The notes beneath the pieces were generated by a model that worked only from the letters and a program-made list of their open reading frames with translations, was not told the DNA's origin and made no database searches. A program made the position numbers and the translations under genes. Shown piece after piece: positions 38,005 through 47,156 of a DNA stretch of 64,000 nt; positions within the stretch are counted from its first letter, which is position 1; each line of letters starts with the position of its first letter. Source of the stretch: a virus; IMG/VR virus record IMGVR_UViG_3300036770_003016, one strand, 5' to 3'.

Positions 38005-38069
38005 ACCCCGAATGGTGCGCTTTGCCATTCCGCTAGTGGAATGTATCACAGTCAAGAGGCGTTCGGGGT
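38005..38069. ncRNA. Candidate structured intergenic RNA
   Basis: Outer stem ACCCCGAATG/CGTTCGGGGT enclosing the hairpin ATTCCG-CTAG-TGGAAT; flanked by TATAAATA (38081-38088, minus) and a T7 run (minus). Confidence 0.45.
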
Positions 38070-38080
38070 GTTGTTAAATC

Positions 38081-38088
38081 TATTTATA
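38081..38088 (-). promoter_or_regulatory. T4-type late promoter
   Basis: TATAAATA. Confidence 0.7.
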
Positions 38089-38518
38089 CTTCGGCTTTAT
38101 ATTTCTCTAAAGTCTTAGTGAATTTACCTGCGTGACTGCGTTCTGCTTTTGCAAGAGTTTCAAACCAATCTGCAATCTCATCAAAACCTTCATCACGGGC
38201 AGTCTTTGCCATTCCTGGATACATGTCAGTGTATTCATGTGTCTCACCTTCAATTGCTGAATGTAATGCCTCTGCGACTGAATTTACTTGTTCACCAGTA
38301 CCTGGATCACCTGCGCCACCTTTGAGTAGATACTCCATGTGACCGTGTGCGTGACCAGTTTCACCTTCTGCCGTGTTACGAAATACTGAGGCAACTTCTG
38401 GCGCACCCTCAATATCTGCCATGTTTGCAAAATATAGATATCTGCGGTTGGCCATTGATTCACCTGCAAAAGCCTCTTTTAAGCACTCAGCAGTTTTAGT
38501 TCCTTTTAATGTTGGCAT
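38084..38518 (-). CDS. Rubrerythrin (short, no rubredoxin domain)
   Basis: [35 protein letters not shown]. Confidence 0.92.
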   Translation of the reverse strand: MPTLKGTKTAECLKEAFAGESMANRRYLYFANMADIEGAPEVASVFRNTAEGETGHAHGHMEYLLKGGAGDPGTGEQVNSVAEALHSAIEGETHEYTDMYPGMAKTARDEGFDEIADWFETLAKAERSHAGKFTKTLEKYKAEV

Positions 38519-38534
38519 AATATTTTTTCTCCTA

Positions 38535-38651
38535 TCATTTGCCTTTTAATTGACGAATTACTTCTTCGATCTCGCCTCGGATACTTTCGTTTGAGGAGGG
38601 TATCCAAGGCAAAATATGTTGCAATAATCTAATTACATCTTGTGGGTTCAT
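38535..38651 (-). CDS. Small hypothetical protein (38 aa)
   Basis: Manual translation MNPQDVIRLLQHILPWIPSSNESIRGEIEEVIRQLKGK; ATGA-coupled to pstS. Confidence 0.55.
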   Translation of the reverse strand: MNPQDVIRLLQHILPWIPSSNESIRGEIEEVIRQLKGK

Positions 38652-39664
38652 TTGTTATTAATCTGACTCCAAACTTTTTCACGAATCTGTTTTGTTAGTA
38701 TATCAGGAAGTGGAACATAGTCAAGCTCTAATGCTAACTGTTTGCCATTCTTAAATGCCCAATCAAAGAACTTTAGAACTTCTTGTGACTGTGCTTTGTC
38801 TGCTGGATCTTTGTACATAATAATAAATGATGCAGTAGAAACTGGCCATGCATCTTTACCTTTCTGATCTACAATACTCAAACCCATACCTGGTACTGAG
38901 AACCAATCAGCACCTGCAGCTGCAGCAGCAAAAGTCTTGTCATCTGGATCTACAAACACACCATCTTTGTTTTGTAGTTTCAAATGAGGAATCTTATTCT
39001 TCTTAGCATATGCATACTCAACATATCCAATAGAACCTTTGATTCGTGACACATTTGCAGCGACACCTTCGTTACCTTTACCACCTACACTACTTGCTGC
39101 TGGCCATTTTACTGCTGCACCTCTTCCAACCTTCTCTGCCCACTCTTTACTCACAACAGTAAGATAGTCAGTCCAGTTAAAAGTTGTGCCAGAACCATCA
39201 GCACGGTGAACTACTGTAATTGCAAGGTCTGGTAGTTTCTTACCAGGATTTAATGCAGCAAGTTTTGGATCATTCCAATTTGTAATAGTTCCCATAAACA
39301 ATTCTGCAAGGATTGGTCCAGTAACTCTCAACTCACCAGGAGCAAATCCATCTAAGTTAATAACTGGAACAGTACCACCAATAACTGCTGGGAATTGCAC
39401 CTGGCCATTCTTATCTAAATCTTCTCCTTTTACTGGAGCGTCAGAAGCACCAAAAGTAACTGTCTTTGCATTGATCTGTCTAATACCACCAGAGCTACCA
39501 ATACTCTGATAGTTTAATCCAACACCAGTTTCTTTCTTATATGCCTCTGCCCACTTAGCATAGATTGGATATGGGAAAGTAGCACCAGCACCTGTAATAT
39601 CTGCGGCAAAAGCAGAAACAGATACTACAGATGCAACGAAAACACTTAACAATTTATTAATCAA
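38648..39664 (-). CDS. pstS: Phosphate ABC transporter substrate-binding protein
   Basis: Signal peptide; GAGATFPYP, YQSIGSSGG, RADGSGTT, GKGNEGV. Confidence 0.97.
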   Translation of the reverse strand: MINKLLSVFVASVVSVSAFAADITGAGATFPYPIYAKWAEAYKKETGVGLNYQSIGSSGGIRQINAKTVTFGASDAPVKGEDLDKNGQVQFPAVIGGTVPVINLDGFAPGELRVTGPILAELFMGTITNWNDPKLAALNPGKKLPDLAITVVHRADGSGTTFNWTDYLTVVSKEWAEKVGRGAAVKWPAASSVGGKGNEGVAANVSRIKGSIGYVEYAYAKKNKIPHLKLQNKDGVFVDPDDKTFAAAAAGADWFSVPGMGLSIVDQKGKDAWPVSTASFIIMYKDPADKAQSQEVLKFFDWAFKNGKQLALELDYVPLPDILTKQIREKVWSQINNK

Positions 39665-39754
39665 TTTTTTCTCCTTTATTCAAATTCAGTGACAATTGTA
39701 ATAATTGTCATAATTATTTAACATGACGAACATCAAAAAACAGCGTTTTCAAAT

Positions 39755-39772
39755 ATTAAATTTTTGTTACAA
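39755..39772 (-). promoter_or_regulatory. Pho-box-like direct repeat upstream of pstS
   Basis: TTGTAAC-AAAA-ATTTAAT with half-sites 11 nt apart. Confidence 0.4.
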
Positions 39773-39774
39773 TA

Positions 39775-40251
39775 CTATGCGATGATGCCAGGCTTGTAAA
39801 CAGTTTTTCCATTCTCTTTCATCGCTGTCATTACCTGCTTTTTCAAATTAGACTTATCATAGCTAACATGAACCCAACCAGAATCAGGAACACCAGGAGT
39901 GTAAAATTCAAGAATGAGTTGAGTAAATTCCAAATTGTCTTTAATCCATTCTGCAAGATCCGCATTTGCTACTCCTGGTATTTCAATGTCTGCTGCCTGT
40001 CCTTTGCAATGGTCAGAAGTCTTTGAACCTCCAACTGCCGCATTTACTTCTGGATGTCTAAAACCAGAATTTACTTTGACGCCTTTTTTGTAATGTTCAC
40101 GAACTGGTTGTAAAACTTTTTCAGCAAGAAGTTTAAGATTGTCTACCTCTGTTTGACCTGGAATATTATCTAATCCATGTCTAAGAGCTGTCTCACTCTT
40201 TACCATCTCCGACAATGTGAAGTTTTCGCTGAGTTTTTGTTTTAGGTCCAT
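39775..40251 (-). CDS. Peptidase M15 (D-Ala-D-Ala carboxypeptidase-like; candidate endolysin)
   Basis: SGFR, SDHCKGQAADI, WVHVSY. Confidence 0.88.
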   Translation of the reverse strand: MDLKQKLSENFTLSEMVKSETALRHGLDNIPGQTEVDNLKLLAEKVLQPVREHYKKGVKVNSGFRHPEVNAAVGGSKTSDHCKGQAADIEIPGVANADLAEWIKDNLEFTQLILEFYTPGVPDSGWVHVSYDKSNLKKQVMTAMKENGKTVYKPGIIA

Positions 40252-40432
40252 TTTTATTATCCTTTGTTATATTAGTTATTTGAACACCATTATCTAACAT
40301 ATCAAAGTTTAATTCGTCACCTATATTCCAATCAAGCACATCAATCAATTCTTCTGGTATTTCAATGACTGCATCACCATTATCTAGTATTTCTAGAACT
40401 TTGGATTCATACTTTTTCAATTGCAACACCAC
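40193..40432 (-). CDS. AbrB/MazE-like small DNA-binding protein
   Basis: GDAVIEIPEEL...LDWNIGDEL pattern. Confidence 0.6.
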   Translation of the reverse strand: MVLQLKKYESKVLEILDNGDAVIEIPEELIDVLDWNIGDELNFDMLDNGVQITNITKDNKNGPKTKTQRKLHIVGDGKE

Positions 40433-40850
40433 ATTTCTCCAAAAATTTTAAGCCATCTTCTGTTCTATAAGTATTTCTGTAGAAGATTTTTCTGATACCA
40501 GATTGAAAAAGAGACTTTGCACATTCTATACATGGTGCATGTGTGATAAACATGTCTGCACCATCAGAAGAATTTGTCGATCTGGCAACTTTACTGATTG
40601 CATTTATCTCAGCATGAATGACTTCTTTTTTAGTTTTTAGTATTGGGCCATCACCTTGTAAGTATGGTAATGTTGGTGTATCAACTTCTTCACAAACATT
40701 ATCCCAACCAGAAGGCATGCCATTGTAACCAATACCAATAATAGTATCATTCTTTACAATCACACACCCAACCTTAAGTCTTGTTGCTGAAGACAAATTG
40801 GCATAAGTCTCAGCGACCTTCATGTGTGCATCAATAAATTTACTCTTCAT
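40407..40850 (-). CDS. dCMP deaminase
   Basis: HAEINAI, PCIEC, GYNG. Confidence 0.92.
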   Translation of the reverse strand: MKSKFIDAHMKVAETYANLSSATRLKVGCVIVKNDTIIGIGYNGMPSGWDNVCEEVDTPTLPYLQGDGPILKTKKEVIHAEINAISKVARSTNSSDGADMFITHAPCIECAKSLFQSGIRKIFYRNTYRTEDGLKFLEKCGVAIEKV

Positions 40851-41040
40851 CTTCTACTTTAACTTTTCGTTTACCTTTTTTCTTCTCTTTTGGTGGTTCA
40901 ATAGACCCCAAAATTATACCACGAATGATTTCTTTTTTAAACATCGTAGCATAACTTGGCTCCATAAATGCCATCATACGCTTGGTTGCTTTAGGTAAAC
41001 GAAAGTTTTTGTCTTGTTTTAGCATAATATAAATCTCCAA
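40840..41040 (-). CDS. Small basic hypothetical protein
   Basis: ORF track. Confidence 0.6.
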   Translation of the reverse strand: MEIYIMLKQDKNFRLPKATKRMMAFMEPSYATMFKKEIIRGIILGSIEPPKEKKKGKRKVKVEDEE

Positions 41041-41059
41041 AAAGGGGACCGAAGTCCCC
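41039..41059 (-). terminator. Rho-independent terminator after hsp20
   Basis: GGGGAC-TTCG-GTCCCC followed by a T run. Confidence 0.9.
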
Positions 41060-41064
41060 GTTGA

Positions 41065-41541
41065 TTAAGCAGCCTTCTGTGCCTCTTGTAGAAGCTGAGG
41101 TTTGAACTCTTTCAGTTCAGTACCAATTTCAATCTTGCGTGGCTTCTTATGTTCTGGAATGATGTTCTCAAGTCCAATACGCAGAATACCATCTTTGAAT
41201 TCAGCACCTTTGACCTCAATAGTGTCTGCAATGGTAAGTGTTTTTGTAAATGATCTAGTACCAATACCACGGTGTAGATACTGTGCATCAGGTGTTTTTT
41301 CTTCTTTTTCACCTTTGATTGTAAGCACACTATCTTTTACTGTGATATCGATTTCATCTTTACTAAACCCAGCAATAGCAAGTTCAACGACATAATGACT
41401 GTCATCTAACTTGAGAATATTGTGTGGTGGAAAAGATGTTGTGGGCTTTACATCAGACTCTAGAAGTCTCTCAACTTCATTAAAGAAACGATCAAAACCA
41501 AGAGTGTTGTTGTAAAGTGGACCAAATGAAATACGAGTCAT
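41065..41541 (-). CDS. Small heat-shock protein Hsp20/IbpA-like
   Basis: FPPHNI, ELAIAGF, YLHRGI..RSF, DGILRI, PRKIEI; AAGGAG before ATG at 41541. Confidence 0.95.
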   Translation of the reverse strand: MTRISFGPLYNNTLGFDRFFNEVERLLESDVKPTTSFPPHNILKLDDSHYVVELAIAGFSKDEIDITVKDSVLTIKGEKEEKTPDAQYLHRGIGTRSFTKTLTIADTIEVKGAEFKDGILRIGLENIIPEHKKPRKIEIGTELKEFKPQLLQEAQKAA

Positions 41542-41597
41542 GTTTTTCTCCTTTTTAAGCAAGTTATATGAAGTGTGATCCATTAGGCATCACACCT

Positions 41598-41780
41598 TTA
41601 TTTATCCAAAATATCAAATGCAGCCTTATTGGCTAAATAAGTTCTTTCTGGATTCTTTTCATTGTATACACGAATGAAGTCCATACCCCCTTGAGTATAA
41701 ACATCTTCTAAATCTTTCGTGAATACAATATCGTTCGTATATTTATTTTTCAAACGGACAAATTTTTCTTGTAGTTCCAT
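41598..41780 (-). CDS. Hypothetical protein
   Basis: ORF track. Confidence 0.65.
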   Translation of the reverse strand: MELQEKFVRLKNKYTNDIVFTKDLEDVYTQGGMDFIRVYNEKNPERTYLANKAAFDILDK

Positions 41781-41782
41781 AA

Positions 41783-42199
41783 TTAGTACTCAATTTTTTT
41801 CTTTCCAATTGTGTATTTACTCTGCAAATCCCATTCGTCTTTTTCTTTATAAGAGATAATTTTTATCTGATGTAGTGGAGCTAAATTTCCTTCAATTTTC
41901 TCTTTTTCATCTTTAAAAATTTTAAGTAATCCCCATTCTTCCAAAAGGGTTACTATGGCATTTCTTCGTTGTATGTCATTGTCAGTAATCGTAGACATCT
42001 TACCATCTAATTTAAATAGTTCTTTAAAATGTAGTATAACATAACGACCCTGCTTATGCAATATGTGACAAGACTGATATAGAACTTTCTCCTTTCTCGA
42101 TGAAACTCCAATTCTAGTTAAAGTTTCCCTGACTTTTAAAAAGGCATCTTCATTCTCTAGTTCAATCTCAACACCCACTCCTTTAAAAATATCTTCCAT
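41783..42199 (-). CDS. regA: Translational repressor RegA
   Basis: FLKVRETLTRIG, LYQSCHILHKQG, HFKELF. Confidence 0.97.
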   Translation of the reverse strand: MEDIFKGVGVEIELENEDAFLKVRETLTRIGVSSRKEKVLYQSCHILHKQGRYVILHFKELFKLDGKMSTITDNDIQRRNAIVTLLEEWGLLKIFKDEKEKIEGNLAPLHQIKIISYKEKDEWDLQSKYTIGKKKIEY

Positions 42200-42200
42200 A

Positions 42201-42587
42201 TCATTTCCTTAATCCACCCGTAAGGGTTTGTTCTTTTAGTTTTTGGATCTCTTCTTTGCTTAGTAGACTTAAAGCCTCTAGTGCTTTAGTATCTGAATAG
42301 CCATAGGCTGTTTTGATAAATGATATGTCATCGTTTTCTTCAGATTTTGCCCACTTCACATATGGTCTTTTTTTAGACCTGACTGTATTTATAAAAAAAT
42401 CATTTTGAAGTTTTTTATCTATGAAATGACGCCTGTTCATCTCATTTGCATACAATACAGTATCGAAATGATAAGATAAAGACCTGTTTACAATAAAAGG
42501 AGAATAGTTTTTCTCAGATTCTTCATCAACAATAAGATTCTTTTTGCCATAAAGTATCTCATTTACATAGTCAAATACTTTAGGCAT
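42201..42587 (-). CDS. 62: Clamp loader small subunit (gp62)
   Basis: Y.PFIVNRSLS, ANEMN, KWAK; synteny 45-44-62-regA. Confidence 0.92.
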   Translation of the reverse strand: MPKVFDYVNEILYGKKNLIVDEESEKNYSPFIVNRSLSYHFDTVLYANEMNRRHFIDKKLQNDFFINTVRSKKRPYVKWAKSEENDDISFIKTAYGYSDTKALEALSLLSKEEIQKLKEQTLTGGLRK

Positions 42588-42588
42588 A

Positions 42589-43533
42589 TTAATCTTTCAA
42601 CTCACAATTAACCATGATCTCAGTCAGACATGCAACAAGATTGATTTCACTATCAGCCACAAATGCTTGCTTATATTGATAGTCAGCAAGTATCAGAACT
42701 GCCTGTGGAATCGAAGCAGGTTTCATAACATCATACAGAGAATCATAAATCTGGCGAAAGACTGTATTTGAATCATAATCACCAGTGGCAACCCACTTGC
42801 GAATAGAACCAAAATCTTTCTCTTTAATGTACTTTACGATTTCAGTAATGTTTACATTGGCAATTTGTGCAAGTATACCTGTATCGATTTTACCAAACTG
42901 GGAGTAACGCTGCAACTCGTTTAGCACACGACGAAAATCGGGAAAGTACTTTTTGACTAATTCTGCAATTACAGGTTCATCATAGTCAATTTTTTCACTT
43001 TGCAAAATTGATTGAATTCTCTTAAAGAACGATGCAGCCATCTTAGCCTTCTCACCATTCTTTAAATTGAATTCTACAACTGCACAACGAGAATGTAATG
43101 GTTCTATGATACGATTCTTGTAATTACAGGTAAAGATAAAAGAACAGTTACCTGAGAACTCTTCGATTGCATTACGCAAAGCAGGTTGAGTAGAATTTGG
43201 ATTAAGATAATCTGCCTCGTCAATGATGATGACCTTGCGGCCACCAGAAAGACTCATTGACGATGCATAGTTTTTAATCTTCGTTCTAAATGTATCAATG
43301 CCACTCTCATCAGAACCATTGATTACTAGAAAGTCGCAACCGATTTCGTTGCACATTGCTTTCGCAACTGTCGTTTTTCCAATTCCTGGTCCGCCAGCCA
43401 GAAGAAGATTTGGTATGCTCTTCTGATTGACGTACTCTTGAAATGGTTTCTTCAACCTTTCTGGTAGAATACAGTCCTGAATTGTTTTTGGACGATACTT
43501 CTCTGTGAACAACAAGTGTTCTAGATTTGTCAT
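42589..43533 (-). CDS. 44: Clamp loader large subunit (gp44)
   Basis: EKYRP, GPGIGKTT, IIDEAD, PLHSRC. Confidence 0.97.
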   Translation of the reverse strand: MTNLEHLLFTEKYRPKTIQDCILPERLKKPFQEYVNQKSIPNLLLAGGPGIGKTTVAKAMCNEIGCDFLVINGSDESGIDTFRTKIKNYASSMSLSGGRKVIIIDEADYLNPNSTQPALRNAIEEFSGNCSFIFTCNYKNRIIEPLHSRCAVVEFNLKNGEKAKMAASFFKRIQSILQSEKIDYDEPVIAELVKKYFPDFRRVLNELQRYSQFGKIDTGILAQIANVNITEIVKYIKEKDFGSIRKWVATGDYDSNTVFRQIYDSLYDVMKPASIPQAVLILADYQYKQAFVADSEINLVACLTEIMVNCELKD

Positions 43534-43566
43534 TATATAAATCCTTCATCAAATAAATCATTGAAA

Positions 43567-43743
43567 TTAAAACTCACTCAACCTCGTAACAGCCATCATG
43601 TAGTTCTCTGTCACTACAACATAAGAATTATTAGTGAAAAGAATTCTTGTTCCTAGTGGAGAATCTTCTACAAGATATACTTCATCTGGATTGATGGCTA
43701 TACTAACATTTTTTTCTTTATCAATAAAGTATTTGAATCTCAT
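43567..43743 (-). CDS. Small beta protein (58 aa, FlbD-like pattern)
   Basis: Manual translation MRFKYFIDKEKNVSIAINPDEVYLVEDSPLGTRILFTNNSYVVVTENYMMAVTRLSEF. Confidence 0.6.
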   Translation of the reverse strand: MRFKYFIDKEKNVSIAINPDEVYLVEDSPLGTRILFTNNSYVVVTENYMMAVTRLSEF

Positions 43744-44429
43744 TTCTTAGCCTCAAATGTAGAACCAACTTCAGTAGTAATGTAATACTCAATCGAAAAC
43801 TTTGTGTTTTTGAAATGAGCAATGCCTTTAGATGAAATAGAAAGATCATATGCACCGGTCAAAAGTTTCTGAATGTTTTCCGTTTTGAAAATCATACGAT
43901 ACTTATTACCATTGCCTTCAGATTCTAATTCAAGTGACTGTGTGTGTGCAGAATCGTTTGCGAGATCGATGGTAAGTACTTTGACTGTACTACCATCAGA
44001 TTCTACAGCGATCTGAGGTGACCCCAAAACATTTGCAGAGTCCAAAATCCAACGAAAATCTTCAGCCGAAAGTTTGACTTGAATTTCAGGACTTGGCATC
44101 TGCAAATCTTTTTCTGGAGGGGTCACGATCATTGTAGGTTCACAAAACCGATACTTAATTTTACTACGGCCTTTTTGCCCAGATATAATTACATTCTTCT
44201 CATCAAACTCCAACTCAAGGTCGTTTTTGTGTAGAGAAAGAACAGACAAAAATTCATTGATATCATAGATACCAAAGTCTTTTGGTAGTTCGTCTGTAAT
44301 TGTAGCCTTAGCAAAAATGTTTTTAAGATTGGAAACAGTTTTCAAGGTCTTCCCTTTCTTCAAGAAAAGACCTTGATTGATGGTTCCAAAGTTTTTCAAA
44401 ACAGCCAATGTAGTATCAGATAATTTCAT
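43740..44429 (-). CDS. 45: Sliding clamp (gp45)
   Basis: MKLS..TL.VLKNF..IN, FGIYD..EFL. Confidence 0.95.
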   Translation of the reverse strand: MKLSDTTLAVLKNFGTINQGLFLKKGKTLKTVSNLKNIFAKATITDELPKDFGIYDINEFLSVLSLHKNDLELEFDEKNVIISGQKGRSKIKYRFCEPTMIVTPPEKDLQMPSPEIQVKLSAEDFRWILDSANVLGSPQIAVESDGSTVKVLTIDLANDSAHTQSLELESEGNGNKYRMIFKTENIQKLLTGAYDLSISSKGIAHFKNTKFSIEYYITTEVGSTFEAKK

Positions 44430-44449
44430 AATATAATTTTTCCTTTAAA

Positions 44450-45616
44450 TTAAACTTCTTCCGAATCTTCTTCGTCTTCTTCAATAAACTTTGAATATAA
44501 ACTTTTGTTTGTTAAGTATTGTGTTGTGATGTTCTGATCGTTCTTACCAAACACAATTAATTTTCCATCATCAGGACAAAGCCCTTCCAAATTAGCAGGA
44601 ACTACACCATATAATTTGATTTTGAAATCAGAAGTGCTTTTTCCATCAAAGAAACCGGAACTGATGTAGCTCAATTTCTCATACCACATTTCTTTGAATC
44701 GTAGTACTCTGGTGATGAAAGTTGATTCCAATGAAGCGCCAGACAACAGACCAGTGTGAATAACAACACGAACTTCTTTTGTGGGGTTCATAAGTGATAC
44801 TTTTGCAGCATCAAAGATTGATTTCGAAACAGTACTGTAAGATACAGGAAAATAAATTACTGTGTTTGTATCGATGTATTTGTTCTGTTTCAACCAAGAA
44901 TCTACATTCCCAAATTTCCACTCTTTTGGTTCAAGACCAGTTCTTGCAGAATAAGCAGAGTGATCAAAAATGAGACTAGTCATTCGTTCGATTTTTGAAG
45001 GTGTGAAATCTGCACCAACAACTTTTACCCAACTCTCAACAACATCACGGTTGAATGAAAGAGAACCTTCAGCAACAAGCTTCTTTCCAACACTAATGAT
45101 ATCATCGAGTTTTACAGTACCAGAAGGACCGTTCTCTTTATTTGCGTTGAGTCCAAATGTTAATGTAGCAAATGAACGAACACTTGTATCTTTTGTTGTG
45201 TATTTGTACAAAGCGACGATGCGGTTTCGTACTTTCAGAGTTGGCAACTCAAGAATAGAATCTTTTGTGCGTCCATCTAAAAGTGTATATGAACCTTTGT
45301 CTTCTTCAACAACACAGATTGGTCGACCATGTAGTCTCCATCCATTTGTTGTGAGGTCATGCAAGTGATCTGCATAACGATCATTACCACCCCCATGTCG
45401 AACAAACTGACTGTTTGACTGAGCAGAAGAGCGGGAGATTGAATCAGTTTCCATCAAGATGAAATCTACGAATTCCAATCCTTCAGGAAGTAATTCCCCA
45501 AAGAGTTCTGGATAAGCTGGATAAGATTCTTTTTTGATTGACTGTTTTACGAATTCTAAGTGATCGTCAGTAAATCTGAAGTTTTTTGATAATGCTACAA
45601 TAGGTTTTACAGCCAT
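44450..45616 (-). CDS. Hypothetical protein with ParB/Srx-like motif
   Basis: RPICVVE...YTLLDGRTK. Confidence 0.55.
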   Translation of the reverse strand: MAVKPIVALSKNFRFTDDHLEFVKQSIKKESYPAYPELFGELLPEGLEFVDFILMETDSISRSSAQSNSQFVRHGGGNDRYADHLHDLTTNGWRLHGRPICVVEEDKGSYTLLDGRTKDSILELPTLKVRNRIVALYKYTTKDTSVRSFATLTFGLNANKENGPSGTVKLDDIISVGKKLVAEGSLSFNRDVVESWVKVVGADFTPSKIERMTSLIFDHSAYSARTGLEPKEWKFGNVDSWLKQNKYIDTNTVIYFPVSYSTVSKSIFDAAKVSLMNPTKEVRVVIHTGLLSGASLESTFITRVLRFKEMWYEKLSYISSGFFDGKSTSDFKIKLYGVVPANLEGLCPDDGKLIVFGKNDQNITTQYLTNKSLYSKFIEEDEEDSEEV

Positions 45617-45704
45617 GGTAATTCTCCTTTTTAAGGGTTAAAGTTTTAAATACCTGTTTTTCGACAGGGTCACAACAAAGTGTGATTTTACTCACACTAA
45701 CAGT

Positions 45705-45977
45705 CTAATTTCTTTTTAGACTGTCATGATTATATAGTAAAATTAATCCGTAATGCAACACTTTTAGCAAATCTTTTCGGTTATAACCACCTTTTTTGCC
45801 GTATCTTTGTGCATACTTCATAATATTTCCTATACAAAATCCGTCACCATGGCCAGCATCAAGAATAAATTCAGTTGCCTGAAACTTATTCATTGAGTAA
45901 TGCTCGCCATAAGTGCTATCTATATAGTCTTTGAATTCTTTCAAAAGACGATCTTCATCATATTTGTAATCAATCAT
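45705..45977 (-). CDS. DUF3310-like protein
   Basis: HY, GFCIGNIMKYAQRYGKK, DLLK..HY. Confidence 0.8.
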   Translation of the reverse strand: MIDYKYDEDRLLKEFKDYIDSTYGEHYSMNKFQATEFILDAGHGDGFCIGNIMKYAQRYGKKGGYNRKDLLKVLHYGLILLYNHDSLKRN

Positions 45978-46789
45978 AGTTTACCTGTATAATTGGCAAC
46001 AGCAGGCATATTACCATTGAAAGCGTAAGTGCCAATATGTTGAGTTTTCATCCAAGGACACAAGAAAATCTGTCCACCAATTTTACGCCACATCTGACAG
46101 AACATATAGTCTTCACTTAGGTAACGATCTGAACCACCACCAGTAATAGATTCTTTGTAGTCAATTACAGTATCAAAGAAAGCATGAATATACCTTGAAC
46201 CGTCAAAGTTTTTCTGGCCAACATGATCTGGTTTATAATGAATCATTGGATAAGCTTCTTTCATCTTATCAAAAACTTCTCGTTTAATCATCATATAACC
46301 AGTACCAATTTCCATCACTTCAAGAGGTTCTGTTACAGAAAATGATTTAGTACCTTTCACTACATTGAATACATAGTCACCAACAAGTTTCTGAACTTCA
46401 TCAACTTCGATATCAGGATTCTTTTTGATGGCTTCAATAATGTTACGCCAATTAATTGCCTTCTTTGGATATGGGGCACCAATAACTTCTTTATCTAATG
46501 CTAGAAGAGCAAGAACATCTTGAGCTGAATAACCAATATCAGAATCAAGAAACAACATATGTGTACAATTTGATCTGAGAAATTCATCAACGAGATAATT
46601 TCTAGCCCTAGTGATCAAAGATTCATTAAATAGAAATGAAAATTTACATTCAATTCCATATTTGTTCATTACATTTTGCAAATCTAACGAAGACTTCATA
46701 TAAAGACCATGTGCCATTCCACCGTACATTGGTGTAGCAACAAATAGTTTATTCTGTCTTAGTTTTTCAATATCAACTTTAATTTCCAT
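45974..46789 (-). CDS. GT-A fold glycosyltransferase-like protein
   Basis: ATPMYGG, ESLITRARN, FLDSDI, GTGYM, LSEDY.FC. Confidence 0.75.
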   Translation of the reverse strand: MEIKVDIEKLRQNKLFVATPMYGGMAHGLYMKSSLDLQNVMNKYGIECKFSFLFNESLITRARNYLVDEFLRSNCTHMLFLDSDIGYSAQDVLALLALDKEVIGAPYPKKAINWRNIIEAIKKNPDIEVDEVQKLVGDYVFNVVKGTKSFSVTEPLEVMEIGTGYMMIKREVFDKMKEAYPMIHYKPDHVGQKNFDGSRYIHAFFDTVIDYKESITGGGSDRYLSEDYMFCQMWRKIGGQIFLCPWMKTQHIGTYAFNGNMPAVANYTGKL

Positions 46790-46805
46790 AATTCACCCAT
46801 AAACG

Positions 46806-46846
46806 AAAAAAGAGGAAGCATACACTTGTATATATGCTTCCTCTTT
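46806..46846 (-). terminator. Rho-independent terminator
   Basis: AAAGAGGAAGCATA/TATGCTTCCTCTTT inverted repeat plus T run. Confidence 0.8.
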
Positions 46847-46862
46847 GTTTTTTTACTACTTC

Positions 46863-47132
46863 TTAAGCAAAAGTACGAACTCCTGCCGAGCGCAGAGCAG
46901 AGATGCCTGCAGCAATCATTCGTTTAGTAGGTGTACCCAAACGATAGAAAGAAACTTTCTCGCCGTTCACAATGCGGCTGTTCAGGTAGATTGCATGACC
47001 TTCATTGCGAAGATCATTAATGGTTGCGGAGGGATTTGCAACACCGAACATGCTCTGCATCTTTGCAGGGGTCAGGGTGTTGTAACCAGTGGACTTGGAC
47101 AGATAGTTAAGAACTTTAGATTTAACAGACAT
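46863..47132 (-). CDS. Winged helix-turn-helix protein
   Basis: FGVANPSATINDLRNEG..I, YRLG. Confidence 0.75.
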   Translation of the reverse strand: MSVKSKVLNYLSKSTGYNTLTPAKMQSMFGVANPSATINDLRNEGHAIYLNSRIVNGEKVSFYRLGTPTKRMIAAGISALRSAGVRTFA

Positions 47133-47156
47133 TCAAAATACTCCATAAAGTAAAAT

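Noticed and set aside
37984-38055. N-terminal extension of the MazG-like ORF
   Set aside because: Runs through the structured intergenic element; the RBS supports the ATG at 37983
38005-38069. Possible tRNA
   Set aside because: No cloverleaf, T-loop context or CCA end
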